Below, in pieces: positions 32,741 through 42,570 of a stretch of 64,000 nt of DNA. The DNA comes from Candidatus Doudnabacteria bacterium (GTDB taxonomy: Bacteria; Patescibacteriota; Doudnabacteria; UBA920), in assembly GCA_963788395.1 (NCBI GenBank), contig CAWBGV010000031.1, positions 73,094 to 137,093 on the forward strand, written 5' to 3'. The stretch's first letter is position 1. Every line of letters begins with the position of its first letter. Below the pieces are notes generated by a model, which was given only the letters and a program-made list of their open reading frames with translations, had not been told where the DNA came from and did not search any database. The position numbers and the translations under genes were made by a program.

Positions 32741-33412
32741 TTAACCCTCATCGATCTTATAACCGCGTCCGGACACGGTATGAATCAGCTTCACGCTGTG
32801 GCCGCGGTCTATTTTACGCCGCAAATTCAGAATGTGGGTTTCTATGGTATTCGAAAAGGGGTCGGCATTCATATCCCAGACATGTTCCATAATCAGCCCG
32901 CGAGAGACTACATTACCTTGGCGTCTCATTAAAAATTCCAATAATGCCAGTTCTTTTCTGGTTAAGTGAATTTCTTTATCGCCGCGCTTCACTAAATGTT
33001 TTTTGCTGTCGAGGGTCAGATCAGAAACTAACAAGACTTCCTTTTCCATTCCCGATGGCCGTCTCAGGATGGCATTGATCCGGGCCAATAGTTCGTCAAA
33101 CTGAAATGGTTTGGTTATGTAGTCGTCGGCTCCTTCGTTCAGGACGGTTATTTTTTGACGCACTTCAGCCTGCACAGAAAGCATAATAATAGGCATCGTT
33201 TTGCCGGCTTGCCGCAGCTCCCGGCAAACTTCTGTGCCGGTTTTTTTGGGAAGTATATTATCCAAAATCACCAGATCGTAAGTGTGAATTTTTCCCAAGA
33301 TTAATCCATACTCCCCATCGGTGGCCAGATCTACGGTGAAGACCTCGGATTCTAAAGCATTTTTAAGATGCAGGCCTAAATCAATATCGTCTTCAATGAG
33401 TAATAAGCGCAT
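32741..33412 (-). CDS. OmpR family response regulator
   Basis: LLLIEDD, ILD, GADDYITKPF, winged helix LRRKI..IHTVSGRGY. Confidence 0.93.
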   Translation of the reverse strand: MRLLLIEDDIDLGLHLKNALESEVFTVDLATDGEYGLILGKIHTYDLVILDNILPKKTGTEVCRELRQAGKTMPIIMLSVQAEVRQKITVLNEGADDYITKPFQFDELLARINAILRRPSGMEKEVLLVSDLTLDSKKHLVKRGDKEIHLTRKELALLEFLMRRQGNVVSRGLIMEHVWDMNADPFSNTIETHILNLRRKIDRGHSVKLIHTVSGRGYKIDEG

Positions 33413-33632
33413 AGGATTTGTCTTATTTCGTAATCAGTATAAGTAAGTTTTGGATGAGGCGCAAACGATAATCTTTATAAATATTTTATCTTTTTTTGAG
33501 AATTCGTTTTGAAGAGTTTTAGCCAAAAGTAGGAAACTCCAATAGAATCGGGAGCTTTAAGAGTATTTTTAGCATTTAAAATTAAAATAGTTTATCCACA
33601 GACAAAAAAATAATCTCGGCCAGAGGCCAAGA

Positions 33633-34148
33633 TTATGGGTTTAAGGTCTTAATAATTGATGGTAAACAAGTTTTGAGCCAGAACGTGTATAGTTCCGGAT
33701 GGGCCGATAATTCTTTTTCCAGGCTCGCAATATCTATCCAGCGTAATTCACTGACTTCTTGGGGATTAGGATGTCCTTCAGTTTCAGTAGCTCCAAAGAG
33801 GACGTGATCAAATTCATATTCAGTCAGGCCGTTGCTGAAAGATGCTTGGTAGACAAAAGTGAACTTTTCTGCCAGTGGACAATCAAAACCAACCTCTTCT
33901 TGCAGCCTGCGGTGAGCGGCGGCCAAGGTGGTTTCGCCGGGGCGTTGGTGACTGCAGCAGGTGTTGGTCCAAAGGCCGCCAGAGTGGTATTTGTGAAGCG
34001 CGCGGCGCTGGAGCAGAAGTTGACCTTTATTATTAAATACAAAAACAGAAAAAGCCCGGTGCAGCTTGCCTTCACGGTGAGCCTGCATTTTTTCCATAGT
34101 GCCGATTTGGTTGTCGTATTCGTCAACGAGGATTAGTAATTCCGGCAT
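33633..34148 (-). CDS. idi: Isopentenyl-diphosphate delta-isomerase type 1
   Basis: LHRAFSVF, LLLQRRA..KY, WTNTCCSH, EYEFDHV. Confidence 0.93.
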   Translation of the reverse strand: MPELLILVDEYDNQIGTMEKMQAHREGKLHRAFSVFVFNNKGQLLLQRRALHKYHSGGLWTNTCCSHQRPGETTLAAAHRRLQEEVGFDCPLAEKFTFVYQASFSNGLTEYEFDHVLFGATETEGHPNPQEVSELRWIDIASLEKELSAHPELYTFWLKTCLPSIIKTLNP

Positions 34149-34666
34149 TAGATAGATTTTTTATAATAATTGAACACTGCTTGGGTTCCCCAGGATTTTA
34201 GATCGGCGGGGGAGAAGCCGAGTTTTGCCGCATATTGTTGGAGCGTCTGTTCGTCCGGGGCTTCAATTTCCAGAAAGGTCGGCAAGTCGGGATAGGTGTC
34301 GAATTCAAAATGCACGCCGTCGAGAAGGTAAGAAGTGCGGTGTTTTGTTGACGCCTGGTATTTGGGACGCAGCCCAAGGCCAAGTAATATTTTTTTCATC
34401 GTATCAAAATTACTGACGGTAACTTCAAGCTCTTCCGATACTTTGGCTTTTTCAGTGCTTAATAATTTTTTGTAGGTAAGTTCTACCTGATCACCTTTAA
34501 TGCGTAACCTAATGAGTGTTTCATTTTTGGACAGACTTTGATCCGCAAAATCAAAACCTGTGGCCGCAATTTGGCCATCAAAAGACATTTTTGCGCCTAA
34601 AGCCAGGAGCTTTTTTATGATTAACGAGCTGTTGATCTCTAAAATTTTTGCTTCTATTTCGCGCAT
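34148..34666 (-). CDS. CYTH domain protein
   Basis: EIEAK, IRLR, LTYK, EELEV, KHRTSY, FLEIE. Confidence 0.85.
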   Translation of the reverse strand: MREIEAKILEINSSLIIKKLLALGAKMSFDGQIAATGFDFADQSLSKNETLIRLRIKGDQVELTYKKLLSTEKAKVSEELEVTVSNFDTMKKILLGLGLRPKYQASTKHRTSYLLDGVHFEFDTYPDLPTFLEIEAPDEQTLQQYAAKLGFSPADLKSWGTQAVFNYYKKSI

Positions 34667-34769
34667 ATTTCTTAGTATATCAGACGTTTAACCGCAGGGT
34701 CAACGCTCGCAGTTTTTTAACTTAAAAAGCCACCTTAGAGGTGGCTTTTTAAGTTCTACTGTTGAGGTA

Positions 34770-36173
34770 TTAGGTAGGCGTTGGGATAGGGGTCGGGGTG
34801 GGAGTGGGTGTGGTGTTTGCCGGAGTAGTTGGTTTTTGGTAAGTCTGCGACATATCTTGGACCCGGGTAGCGGTAATGTTGGTGGATCCGGTTACCATGG
34901 TACCCCAGACCTTAACTTGATCATTCGTTTGAAGAATGGAAATTGTGCCCTTGCGGCCGTTTTTGTAGTAGAAGTTGGCTTTGCTGGCATCGATGGTATA
35001 AGTGGTGCTGCTGGCCGTAACAACAGTTAAGCTCGTGCCGCTGACAGACTGCAGCGTACCGGTGATAACACTGCTGCTGACTTTAATCGTAATGCGATTA
35101 GCCGTGACATTGCTTTCGGTCCGGTCCCAGACGCCGCTAACTGTGGCGGTTTGGCCTTGGGCTAGGCTGGTAAAGCTGCCGGTTTGTGAGCCTACCCGAA
35201 ATACGGTCGTGCTGGCAATATTAATGGTTTGGGTACCCCGGGCTTTGCTTTGGAGTGTAAAACTGGAATCGCTTACTGCGGTGATTGTCCCCACAAAAGT
35301 TCCATTATATGCCTGCAAAGATTCATCACGGATAGTTTTAGCAGTAATGTTGGTGCCATTTATGGTACCGGTAACTGCCAGATTATCGCCGCTTTGTGCA
35401 TCACCCATGCCCATGGCCGCGCCGTAGCGGCGAATCCATTTGGCGCTGGAAGCATCAACCGTATAAGCGGAGCTCTTGCCGGTTAAAGTAAAGCTGGGGC
35501 CATTGGCCGAACCAAAGGTACCGCTCGTGGTACCATTTTTGACAATTATAGTGACTTTGCTGGCCGCGATAGTATTATTTGTGCTATCCCAAACACCGCT
35601 TACCGTGACATTTTCTCCAGCAGTAACGTTGGTGATGCTGACACTGGTTTGGCCGCTCTCTTTGAAAGTTGTTGAGCTGGTAGTGTTAACTGTCTGGGTG
35701 CCGTGGGCGGAAGTAGTAATGGTAAAGCTGGGAGCATTTATCGATTGTACGCTGCCGCTCATGGTAGCATCTCGTTGCTGCTGCGATTCGTCGCGAATAG
35801 TCTTAGCGGTAAGATTACTGCCGCTGACGGTGCCTACAATTTGCAGACTATCGCCATTTTGGATGTCGCTGGCCTGCATAGTCGCTCCGTATTTTCTGAC
35901 TATCTTAGCGCTGGAGGCGTCGACCGTATAAGTCGTACTGCTGGTTGTAACGGTAAAGCTGGTCGAGCCGGCGCCGCTGACCGTACCCGTAATTAAGGTG
36001 GGTTTGGTGCTTGATGCCGTGCTTTGATTAACACCGTGAGTTATGGACATCCCTGTGCGAATATGGCTTCGCAGAGAGGTCGTACTGGGCGGTGTAGTGG
36101 TTTGGGCTAAAGCTATAGCCGGTAACAGTAAGGAGAGGGTGAGAATCCCTGCTGTTGTGTGTAGGTTCTTCAT
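34770..36173 (-). CDS. Secreted Thr/Ser-rich protein with about five DUF5666-like repeats
   Basis: Signal peptide; repeated YTVDASSAK..R.YGA.M and VSGVWD units; PT-repeat tail. Confidence 0.75.
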   Translation of the reverse strand: MKNLHTTAGILTLSLLLPAIALAQTTTPPSTTSLRSHIRTGMSITHGVNQSTASSTKPTLITGTVSGAGSTSFTVTTSSTTYTVDASSAKIVRKYGATMQASDIQNGDSLQIVGTVSGSNLTAKTIRDESQQQRDATMSGSVQSINAPSFTITTSAHGTQTVNTTSSTTFKESGQTSVSITNVTAGENVTVSGVWDSTNNTIAASKVTIIVKNGTTSGTFGSANGPSFTLTGKSSAYTVDASSAKWIRRYGAAMGMGDAQSGDNLAVTGTINGTNITAKTIRDESLQAYNGTFVGTITAVSDSSFTLQSKARGTQTINIASTTVFRVGSQTGSFTSLAQGQTATVSGVWDRTESNVTANRITIKVSSSVITGTLQSVSGTSLTVVTASSTTYTIDASKANFYYKNGRKGTISILQTNDQVKVWGTMVTGSTNITATRVQDMSQTYQKPTTPANTTPTPTPTPIPTPT

Positions 36174-36315
36174 AGACCTTTTGTTTCTTAATGGTTATTT
36201 ATTTAATTATACCACTCAATATCTTATAATAGCCAATTTTAAAGAAATTTTTTATTTTTCTGTTTAAGTTGAGCGCATTTCCGGCAAATATTTTCTTTTG
36301 CTATACTAAGTGAGT

Positions 36316-37912
36316 ATGAAAACCGCGCTTTTGTCTGTGTATAACAAAGAAGGAATCGTAGAGTTTGGACGGTCTTTAAAGGACTTGGGGTGGAATATTA
36401 TTGCCAGCGGCGGCACGGCAAAAGTGCTGGTCGAGGCTGGTCTGGAAGTGACGGACACCGCCGCCTTAGCCGGCCAAGCTATACTGGGCCATCGGGTGGT
36501 GACGCTTTCGCGGGAAATTCACGCGGCTTTATTGGCGACCGATTCTCCTGAAGATCAAAAAGAACTAGCCGAATTAGATATTCCAAGAATAGATTTAGTT
36601 TGTGTAGATCTCTATCCGCTGGCGGAAGAAATTTCCCGTCCCGGCTCGACCGCCGCTTCGGTGATTGAAAAAACGGATATTGGCGGTCCGACTATGCTGC
36701 GCAGCGCGGCCAAAGGACGGCGGATAGTCATTTGCGATCCGGCCGACCGGACGGCAGTTATCGAGTGGTTAAAGAACGGATCGCCGGAAGCAGAAAAATT
36801 TATTTCCGCTTTGGTGGCTAAAGCAGAATATTATATTGCCGATTATTGTTTGCTATCCGCTCGGTATCATAGTGCTGGTCTGTATGACGGATTGCTGGGC
36901 GAGCAGGTTCAAGTCTGTGGGTATGGAGAAAATGCCTGGCAGCAACCCGCGGGTTTGTTTAAAAATCGAAGCGTTGACGAACTGGCTTTGAATGATTTCC
37001 AAGTAGCAGTTGGGGCAGCCCCCAGTTACAATAATTGGTGTGATGTTGACCGGCTGTTGCAGACTATAACTCATATAGCAGCTGCTTTTGATGTTCATTA
37101 CGGCGCAGTTCCTTGGATTGCGGTGGGGGTAAACACGGCAATGCTTGCGGCGCTGCTGTCTCGAAAACACCTCAGGAAGCCGTAACAAAAATGCTGGAAG
37201 GAGACTTACGGGCAATTTTTGGGGGACTGCTGATTGTTAATTTTGAGCTCACCGACCAATTGGCCGAAATTTTATTGACTAATAAAATGCCTACCGGCCA
37301 GCGCCGGCTGTTGGATGGTATTATAGCGCCGGCAATTACCGAAAGCGCCGTAACTATGCTGAAACGAAAGGGCGACAAATGCCGCATTTTTATAAATCCG
37401 GCTTTGGCGCGCCTTAATCGTTCATCATTAGACTCTGCCATGCGCTTTCGCTACGTGCGTGGCGGATTTTTGCGTCAGCCAAACTACACTTTTATTTTTG
37501 ATTTTTATGACGGGCAAATTCAGAACAATAAAACTGTGGATGAAAATCAAGAACAAGACTTGTTGTTGGCTTGGGCCATAGGGTCGACTTCGAACAGTAA
37601 TACCGTGACCTTGGTTAAAGATGGGATGCTAATTGGTAACGGCGTCGGCCAGCAAGACCGGGTCGGCGGCTGCGAGCTGGCCATTAAGCGCGCTGCTTCC
37701 AGCGGACACAACACGCATAAAGCCGCGGCCTATAGCGACAGCTTTTTTCCGTTCGTCGACGGTCAAAAGTTCTAATTGAACATGGTATCCAGACTATTTT
37801 GGCTACCAGTGGTTCAGTCCGCGATTCAGAAATTAAAGATTACTGCGACCAACAAAACGTTGCGCTCTATTTAATTCCCGACAGAGCCGGGCGAGGTTTC
37901 TTTGGACACTAG
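36316..37912 (+). CDS. purH: Bifunctional AICAR transformylase/IMP cyclohydrolase (two frameshifts)
   Basis: ALLSVYNK, ASGGTA, HRVVTL, DIGGPTMLRSAAK, YGEN..Q, KHGNACG, GQQDRV, SDSFFPF, RGFFGH*. Confidence 0.9.
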
Positions 37913-37916
37913 TCAC

Positions 37917-37953
37917 AAACACAGGGGACCCCTTCAAAGGGGTCCCTGTGTTT
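37917..37953. repeat. REP-like palindrome copy 2 / bidirectional terminator
   Basis: aaacacaggggacccc-ttcaaa-ggggtccctgtgttt, similar to 13278-13309. Confidence 0.75.
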
Positions 37954-37975
37954 TTAGATCTGTTTGAGGATTTCT

Positions 37976-38455
37976 TTATTTTTGGACGTCCAGTTGGGCG
38001 GTACCGCCGCCATCGCAAGTGATGTTGTACTTGCCGAGCGTAGAAGCGGTAGCAATAGCAAAGCTGTAGGGTTTGAGGATATAGGTTTGTGATTGGATCC
38101 TTATGGTATCAGTGGCGTTATCGCGATTATCTAACATAAATTGGTCGCCTTGTCGTATGGCCAGCGTGCCGGGATCGCCATGGCAACTGGAAAACTGAAT
38201 CCGATAGACATATTTTTTGAGGGCCGCGTTGTAAGCAATATTGCTGCTGCTGGAACCATGAAGCGCGGAAGCCGGTGTAGAAGTCGGCGTGGAGGTGGCT
38301 TGACCCGCGCCGGGATTAGCGGAAAGTACGGGGCTGCGTCCTGAACCTAAGCTTCCTGCTGACTCGTTATTCGAGCGGGAAAGTAGGTACCAGGAAGCGC
38401 CCGCAATGACTACTATAGCCACAATTCCAATTATAACCGTTGTTTTGTTACTCAT
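37976..38455 (-). CDS. Membrane-anchored protein with cupredoxin-like C-terminal domain
   Basis: N-terminal TM, S/T/P linker, FSSC..PGTLAIRQGD...GKYNITC. Confidence 0.55.
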   Translation of the reverse strand: MSNKTTVIIGIVAIVVIAGASWYLLSRSNNESAGSLGSGRSPVLSANPGAGQATSTPTSTPASALHGSSSSNIAYNAALKKYVYRIQFSSCHGDPGTLAIRQGDQFMLDNRDNATDTIRIQSQTYILKPYSFAIATASTLGKYNITCDGGGTAQLDVQK

Positions 38456-38515
38456 ATGCATAAAGGGTTTAATTATTTTCCCTTCTAATAAGACGAAAAT
38501 AGAGGCTAAAACTGT

Positions 38516-39901
38516 CTAAAGTTCTCCCAGCTTATTGGCTAAGCCAATATAGTTTTCCGGGGTGACTTTTTTTAATTCCGCTTTTACTGCCTCGGAAATT
38601 TCCAATCCGTCTATGAAGGTGCGTATATCTTCGATTGTCAGTTGTTTGCCCCGCGTCAGTTCTTTGAGTTTTTCATATGGCATAGCCAAGCCTTCCCGTC
38701 GTAAAATCGTCTGGATAGCTTCGGCAATAACCTCGGGATGGCGGCGTAAATCTTCGGCTGTTTTTATTTGATTGACAGATATTCTCCCTAGTTGATTATT
38801 GAGATACGCAAAACCAATAAGGCAGTAGCCAAACGCGCTTCCGATATTCCTTAAAACGGTTGAATCCGAAAGGTCTCTTTGGAGCCGAGAAACCGGCAAT
38901 TTTGCCCCGAAGTAATTAAACAGGGCGTTGGCCATCCCTAAATTGCCTTCACTATTTTCCAAAAACCAAGGATTAATTTTATGAGGCATGGTTGAAGAGC
39001 CGACTTCGCCTTCGACCGGCTTTTGGGTAATCCAGTCGTCACTAATATAGCGCCAGACGTCCTGATTGAAATCTATCAAAATGACATTGATTCTCCGCAT
39101 GATATCGAATAGCTCAACATAGCTGTCGTGAGGTTCAATTTGGGTAGTGAGCAAATTTGGCTCCAGGTTGACGTTTCGTTGAGAATTGAGCTGCTTGATA
39201 AAATTTTTAGAAAAATTTATCCAATCTACGCCGGGGTAAGCTGCCGTTAGTGCATTATAATTGCCGGTAGCGCCATTTAATTTTGCTTGCAGCTGATGCT
39301 CGGTCAAAAGCGTGCATTGACGATTAAGCCGGGCATGGAAAATTTTAAATTCTTTTCCAAACGTGGTAGGCGAAGCTGGTTGGCCATGAGTGCGGGCCAG
39401 CATGGGGATGTTTTTACTTTCCAGAGCCAAGGCTCCAATTTTATCTATTAGATTTTGCAGCGCGGGCAGATATACGTCCCGCAGACTCTCGCTGATCATT
39501 AAGGCATAAGCTATGTTGCTGGCGTCTTCCGAGGTCAGCCCAAAATGCACCCATTCTAAACAGTCTTGCAGCGACGTTACAGCCAGCTTATCTTTTATAT
39601 AATACTCAATGGCCTTAAAATCGTGGTTGGTGGCTTTAATGTTTTTGTAGCCTTTGAGTTCAATATCGCTGATAATTTGCGCGTCAGCGTCGGTCAAAAG
39701 ATACATGCTCCTGACAGAACTTTTCTCTTCGTCAGAAAATTGCCGAAGCTTGGTTGCTTGCGACTCGCTTAAAGCGATTAAATATTCGCCTTCCATAATA
39801 ATTTTGTATTTCATGGAAGCCGCTTCGCTAAAATAGGGAACGAGCGGGGCGGTATATTTTTGGTAGCGGCCGTCGATGGGGGAGATTGAAGAGAGAGGCA
39901 T
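38516..39901 (-). CDS. purB: Adenylosuccinate lyase
   Basis: ISPIDGRY, TNHDFKAIEY, HFGLTSED, ARTHGQPASPTT, GSSTMPHKINP, SRLQRDLSDST. Confidence 0.96.
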   Translation of the reverse strand: MPLSSISPIDGRYQKYTAPLVPYFSEAASMKYKIIMEGEYLIALSESQATKLRQFSDEEKSSVRSMYLLTDADAQIISDIELKGYKNIKATNHDFKAIEYYIKDKLAVTSLQDCLEWVHFGLTSEDASNIAYALMISESLRDVYLPALQNLIDKIGALALESKNIPMLARTHGQPASPTTFGKEFKIFHARLNRQCTLLTEHQLQAKLNGATGNYNALTAAYPGVDWINFSKNFIKQLNSQRNVNLEPNLLTTQIEPHDSYVELFDIMRRINVILIDFNQDVWRYISDDWITQKPVEGEVGSSTMPHKINPWFLENSEGNLGMANALFNYFGAKLPVSRLQRDLSDSTVLRNIGSAFGYCLIGFAYLNNQLGRISVNQIKTAEDLRRHPEVIAEAIQTILRREGLAMPYEKLKELTRGKQLTIEDIRTFIDGLEISEAVKAELKKVTPENYIGLANKLGEL

Positions 39902-39902
39902 A

Positions 39903-40867
39903 TTACAATCCAAACGGGATTAGGTTATTTTTGATTCTGTCCGCAATCGGCGTTTCTAAATCGGTTTCGAACTTATTGCCGGTAATCTGTTCGTAAATCC
40001 GGATGTAGCGGGAAGAGAGTTCCGCGACCATGTCGGGCGGGGCAGGAGGTAAAACTGGATCGTTATAGGGATCGGAATTTTCTTTAAACCATAACCGGAG
40101 GAATTCTTTATCAAAATTTTCCGGTTCCAGTCCTTGGTCGATGCGCTGTTGGTAGGAATCTGCTTGCCAATAACGGGATGAGTCGGAGTATGGATTTCGT
40201 CTATTAATATTAGTTTGTCGTTTTGATCCAGGCCAAATTCGTATTTAGTGTCTACTAAGATAAGTCCGCGCTGCAGGGCAATTTGTTGGCCGCGCTTGAA
40301 CAGCTCGAGCGTTGTGTCCGCCAGTTCCAGCCATAGTTGTTCCGGGACGATACGTTCTTCTATGATTTCCCGGCTGGTCAGCGGCCGGTCGTGTTCTTCC
40401 GATTTCGTGGTAGGAGTGAGCACGGGATGTTCCAGTTTTTGGTTTTTGCGCATACCGTCTGGCAATTTAAAATCCCCAAAATCCCGCAGTCCTTTTTGGT
40501 AAAGGGTCCACAATGAGGTTCCGGTTACGCCGGTCATGTATCCGCGGACAACCATTTCAAGAGGGATGGTTTTGCATTTTTTGACAACGACCACATTCGG
40601 GTCCGGCGAACTGATAATGTGGTTTTGGATAATGTCTTTCGTTTGCTCAAACCAAAACCGGCTGGTTTGGGTTAAGACCTGTCCTTTAAAAGGGATTAAT
40701 GCCAGGTTACGGTCAAACGCCGAATATCTATCGGTTGCGACCAAAATAATTTTATCGTCCTGAGTATAAATATCCCGCACTTTCCCCTGGCGGCGTTCGC
40801 CAAGGTTTTTTAAATTCGTTTTTTCCAAAACTCGATCCAGATGCTTTTCTACTATAGTTTTATCCAT
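39903..40867 (-). CDS. purC: SAICAR synthetase (frameshift near 40185)
   Basis: GKVRDIY, TDRYSAFD, EMVVRGY.TG, TPTTK, LVDTKYEFG, DEIHTP/DSSRYW, FDKEFLR. Confidence 0.95.
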
Positions 40868-40905
40868 AATTTTTAATTTGGCATTTGTTATTTGAAATTT
40901 TAAAC

Positions 40906-42024
40906 TTATTCCCCCGGCGGTCCCAAAATTATATTCTCCGGCCCAAACACAACTTCGCGCTTGCCTTCCGTTATTTCGCCTGCGTCCATCATATCATACC
41001 CCGCCTGCGTACCTAAGGCAATAATTTGTTCAACTTGGTCAGCGGGAGCGTATATATAGTAGCCGGCGCCCCAGTTAAATGTCTTGAGGCAATCTTTTAA
41101 CGGTACGCCGAGTTGTTCTTTAAAATATTCCATAAGTGGCGGGACGCGGAGCCAGGAGTGGATTTTGTAGGTATAGCTGCGCTTATCAAATGCAATTTTC
41201 CCTACGCCGTCGCCGGTGCCGGGGAGCAGGGCATGAATGTTAATGTGATGTCCAAGTAAAGTCTCGATGAGTGCCACATATGAGCGTGTCGGAATAAGGG
41301 CTTCTTGGCCCAGTGTGCGCCCGTTAGGCAGTTTGGTTAAAAAAGCGTCCGGAAGTTCCATGGCCTTTTTAATAACTAGCGATACGCCGTTGGCGTGCAG
41401 CCCAGAAGAGGCGACGGCAATAATATGGTCACCGGCCTGGAGTTTGCGGCCGGTAATCAGCCGTTCTTTGGGGGCGATAATACCTGTGGTGCAGCCGCTG
41501 AGCGTGGCGATAGTTTTGACTGGCGGCGCGGGGTGGACTACATATTTTACCGATGCGGATTCACCCGCGGGCATAGCCATACCCACTTCTTCGCAGATTT
41601 TTAAAAATCCTGCGGCCAGGTCTTGTGCTCGCTTGGGGTCGGAGTACCAACTGCTGTCGGAGGCTTCAATCTGGTCGGTAAAAACCACCGGCAACGCGCC
41701 TTGGGCGATTACGTCGTTTACGGTCATTAAGGCGGTATCAATAGCAATGGTATCGTAATAAGTCTTACCAATGCCTTCGTTTTCATACATCCATTCGGCA
41801 ATCCAGTTTTTATTGCCCAGGTCCTCCTGGGTCTTGCACCAAATATGATTTTGCCGCCCGCGGTATTCAAACACCGCGCCATGGGCATGCGTGGCTTCGG
41901 TGTTAATAAAAACTTCCCGCTTTTCCGGAAAGTGCAAGGTCTGCTTGCCGGCCTCGATCATAGCCATTTTAAAAGGCTCCATTTGGGAATAATCGACACC
42001 GGATTTGGCGTATTCAGAGGGCAT
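40906..42024 (-). CDS. purM: AIR synthetase, divergent type
   Basis: YAKSGVD, NDVIAQGALP, PAGESA, SSGLHANG, LIPTRSY, TFNWGAG; operon context. Confidence 0.85.
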   Translation of the reverse strand: MPSEYAKSGVDYSQMEPFKMAMIEAGKQTLHFPEKREVFINTEATHAHGAVFEYRGRQNHIWCKTQEDLGNKNWIAEWMYENEGIGKTYYDTIAIDTALMTVNDVIAQGALPVVFTDQIEASDSSWYSDPKRAQDLAAGFLKICEEVGMAMPAGESASVKYVVHPAPPVKTIATLSGCTTGIIAPKERLITGRKLQAGDHIIAVASSGLHANGVSLVIKKAMELPDAFLTKLPNGRTLGQEALIPTRSYVALIETLLGHHINIHALLPGTGDGVGKIAFDKRSYTYKIHSWLRVPPLMEYFKEQLGVPLKDCLKTFNWGAGYYIYAPADQVEQIIALGTQAGYDMMDAGEITEGKREVVFGPENIILGPPGE

Positions 42025-42048
42025 AATGGTAATGACAAATTTTAAATT

Positions 42049-42564
42049 TCAAATGTCAAAAGATTCATAACCGTTCTTTTTTAGCTGCGACGCTTTTTGT
42101 TTTACCGAGGTTTCCATGGTTTTTTTGTAGGCAGCAAGCTTTTTGTTTAGTCTTGCGTCAAACGCCGCCAGAATTCCCACTGCCAGTAGCCCCGCGTTTT
42201 TTGCTGCGTTAATGGCCACGGTCGCTACCGGAATTCCGGGCGGCATTTGGGCAATAGAAAGCAGAGAGTCGAGACCTTTTAGAGTTTTGGTTTCAACAGG
42301 GACGCCAATCACCGGTAAAGTCGTAATCGCCGCCGTCATCCCGGGCAAGTGCGCTGCGCCCCCGGCGCCGGCAATAATTACTTTTAGTCCGCGGTTCGCG
42401 GCCGTCGACGCATATTCAAACATCCGTTTGGGCGTCCGGTGAGCGGAAACAATGGTAATTTCATACGGCACTTTAAATTCTTCCAAGATTTCTGCCGCCT
42501 GCTTCATAACCGGCAGGTCGCTGTCGGAGCCCATGATAATACCTACAAAGATTTTTTTTGACAT
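42049..42564 (-). CDS. purE: N5-CAIR mutase
   Basis: [38 protein letters not shown]. Confidence 0.97.
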   Translation of the reverse strand: MSKKIFVGIIMGSDSDLPVMKQAAEILEEFKVPYEITIVSAHRTPKRMFEYASTAANRGLKVIIAGAGGAAHLPGMTAAITTLPVIGVPVETKTLKGLDSLLSIAQMPPGIPVATVAINAAKNAGLLAVGILAAFDARLNKKLAAYKKTMETSVKQKASQLKKNGYESFDI

Positions 42565-42570
42565 AGCTGT

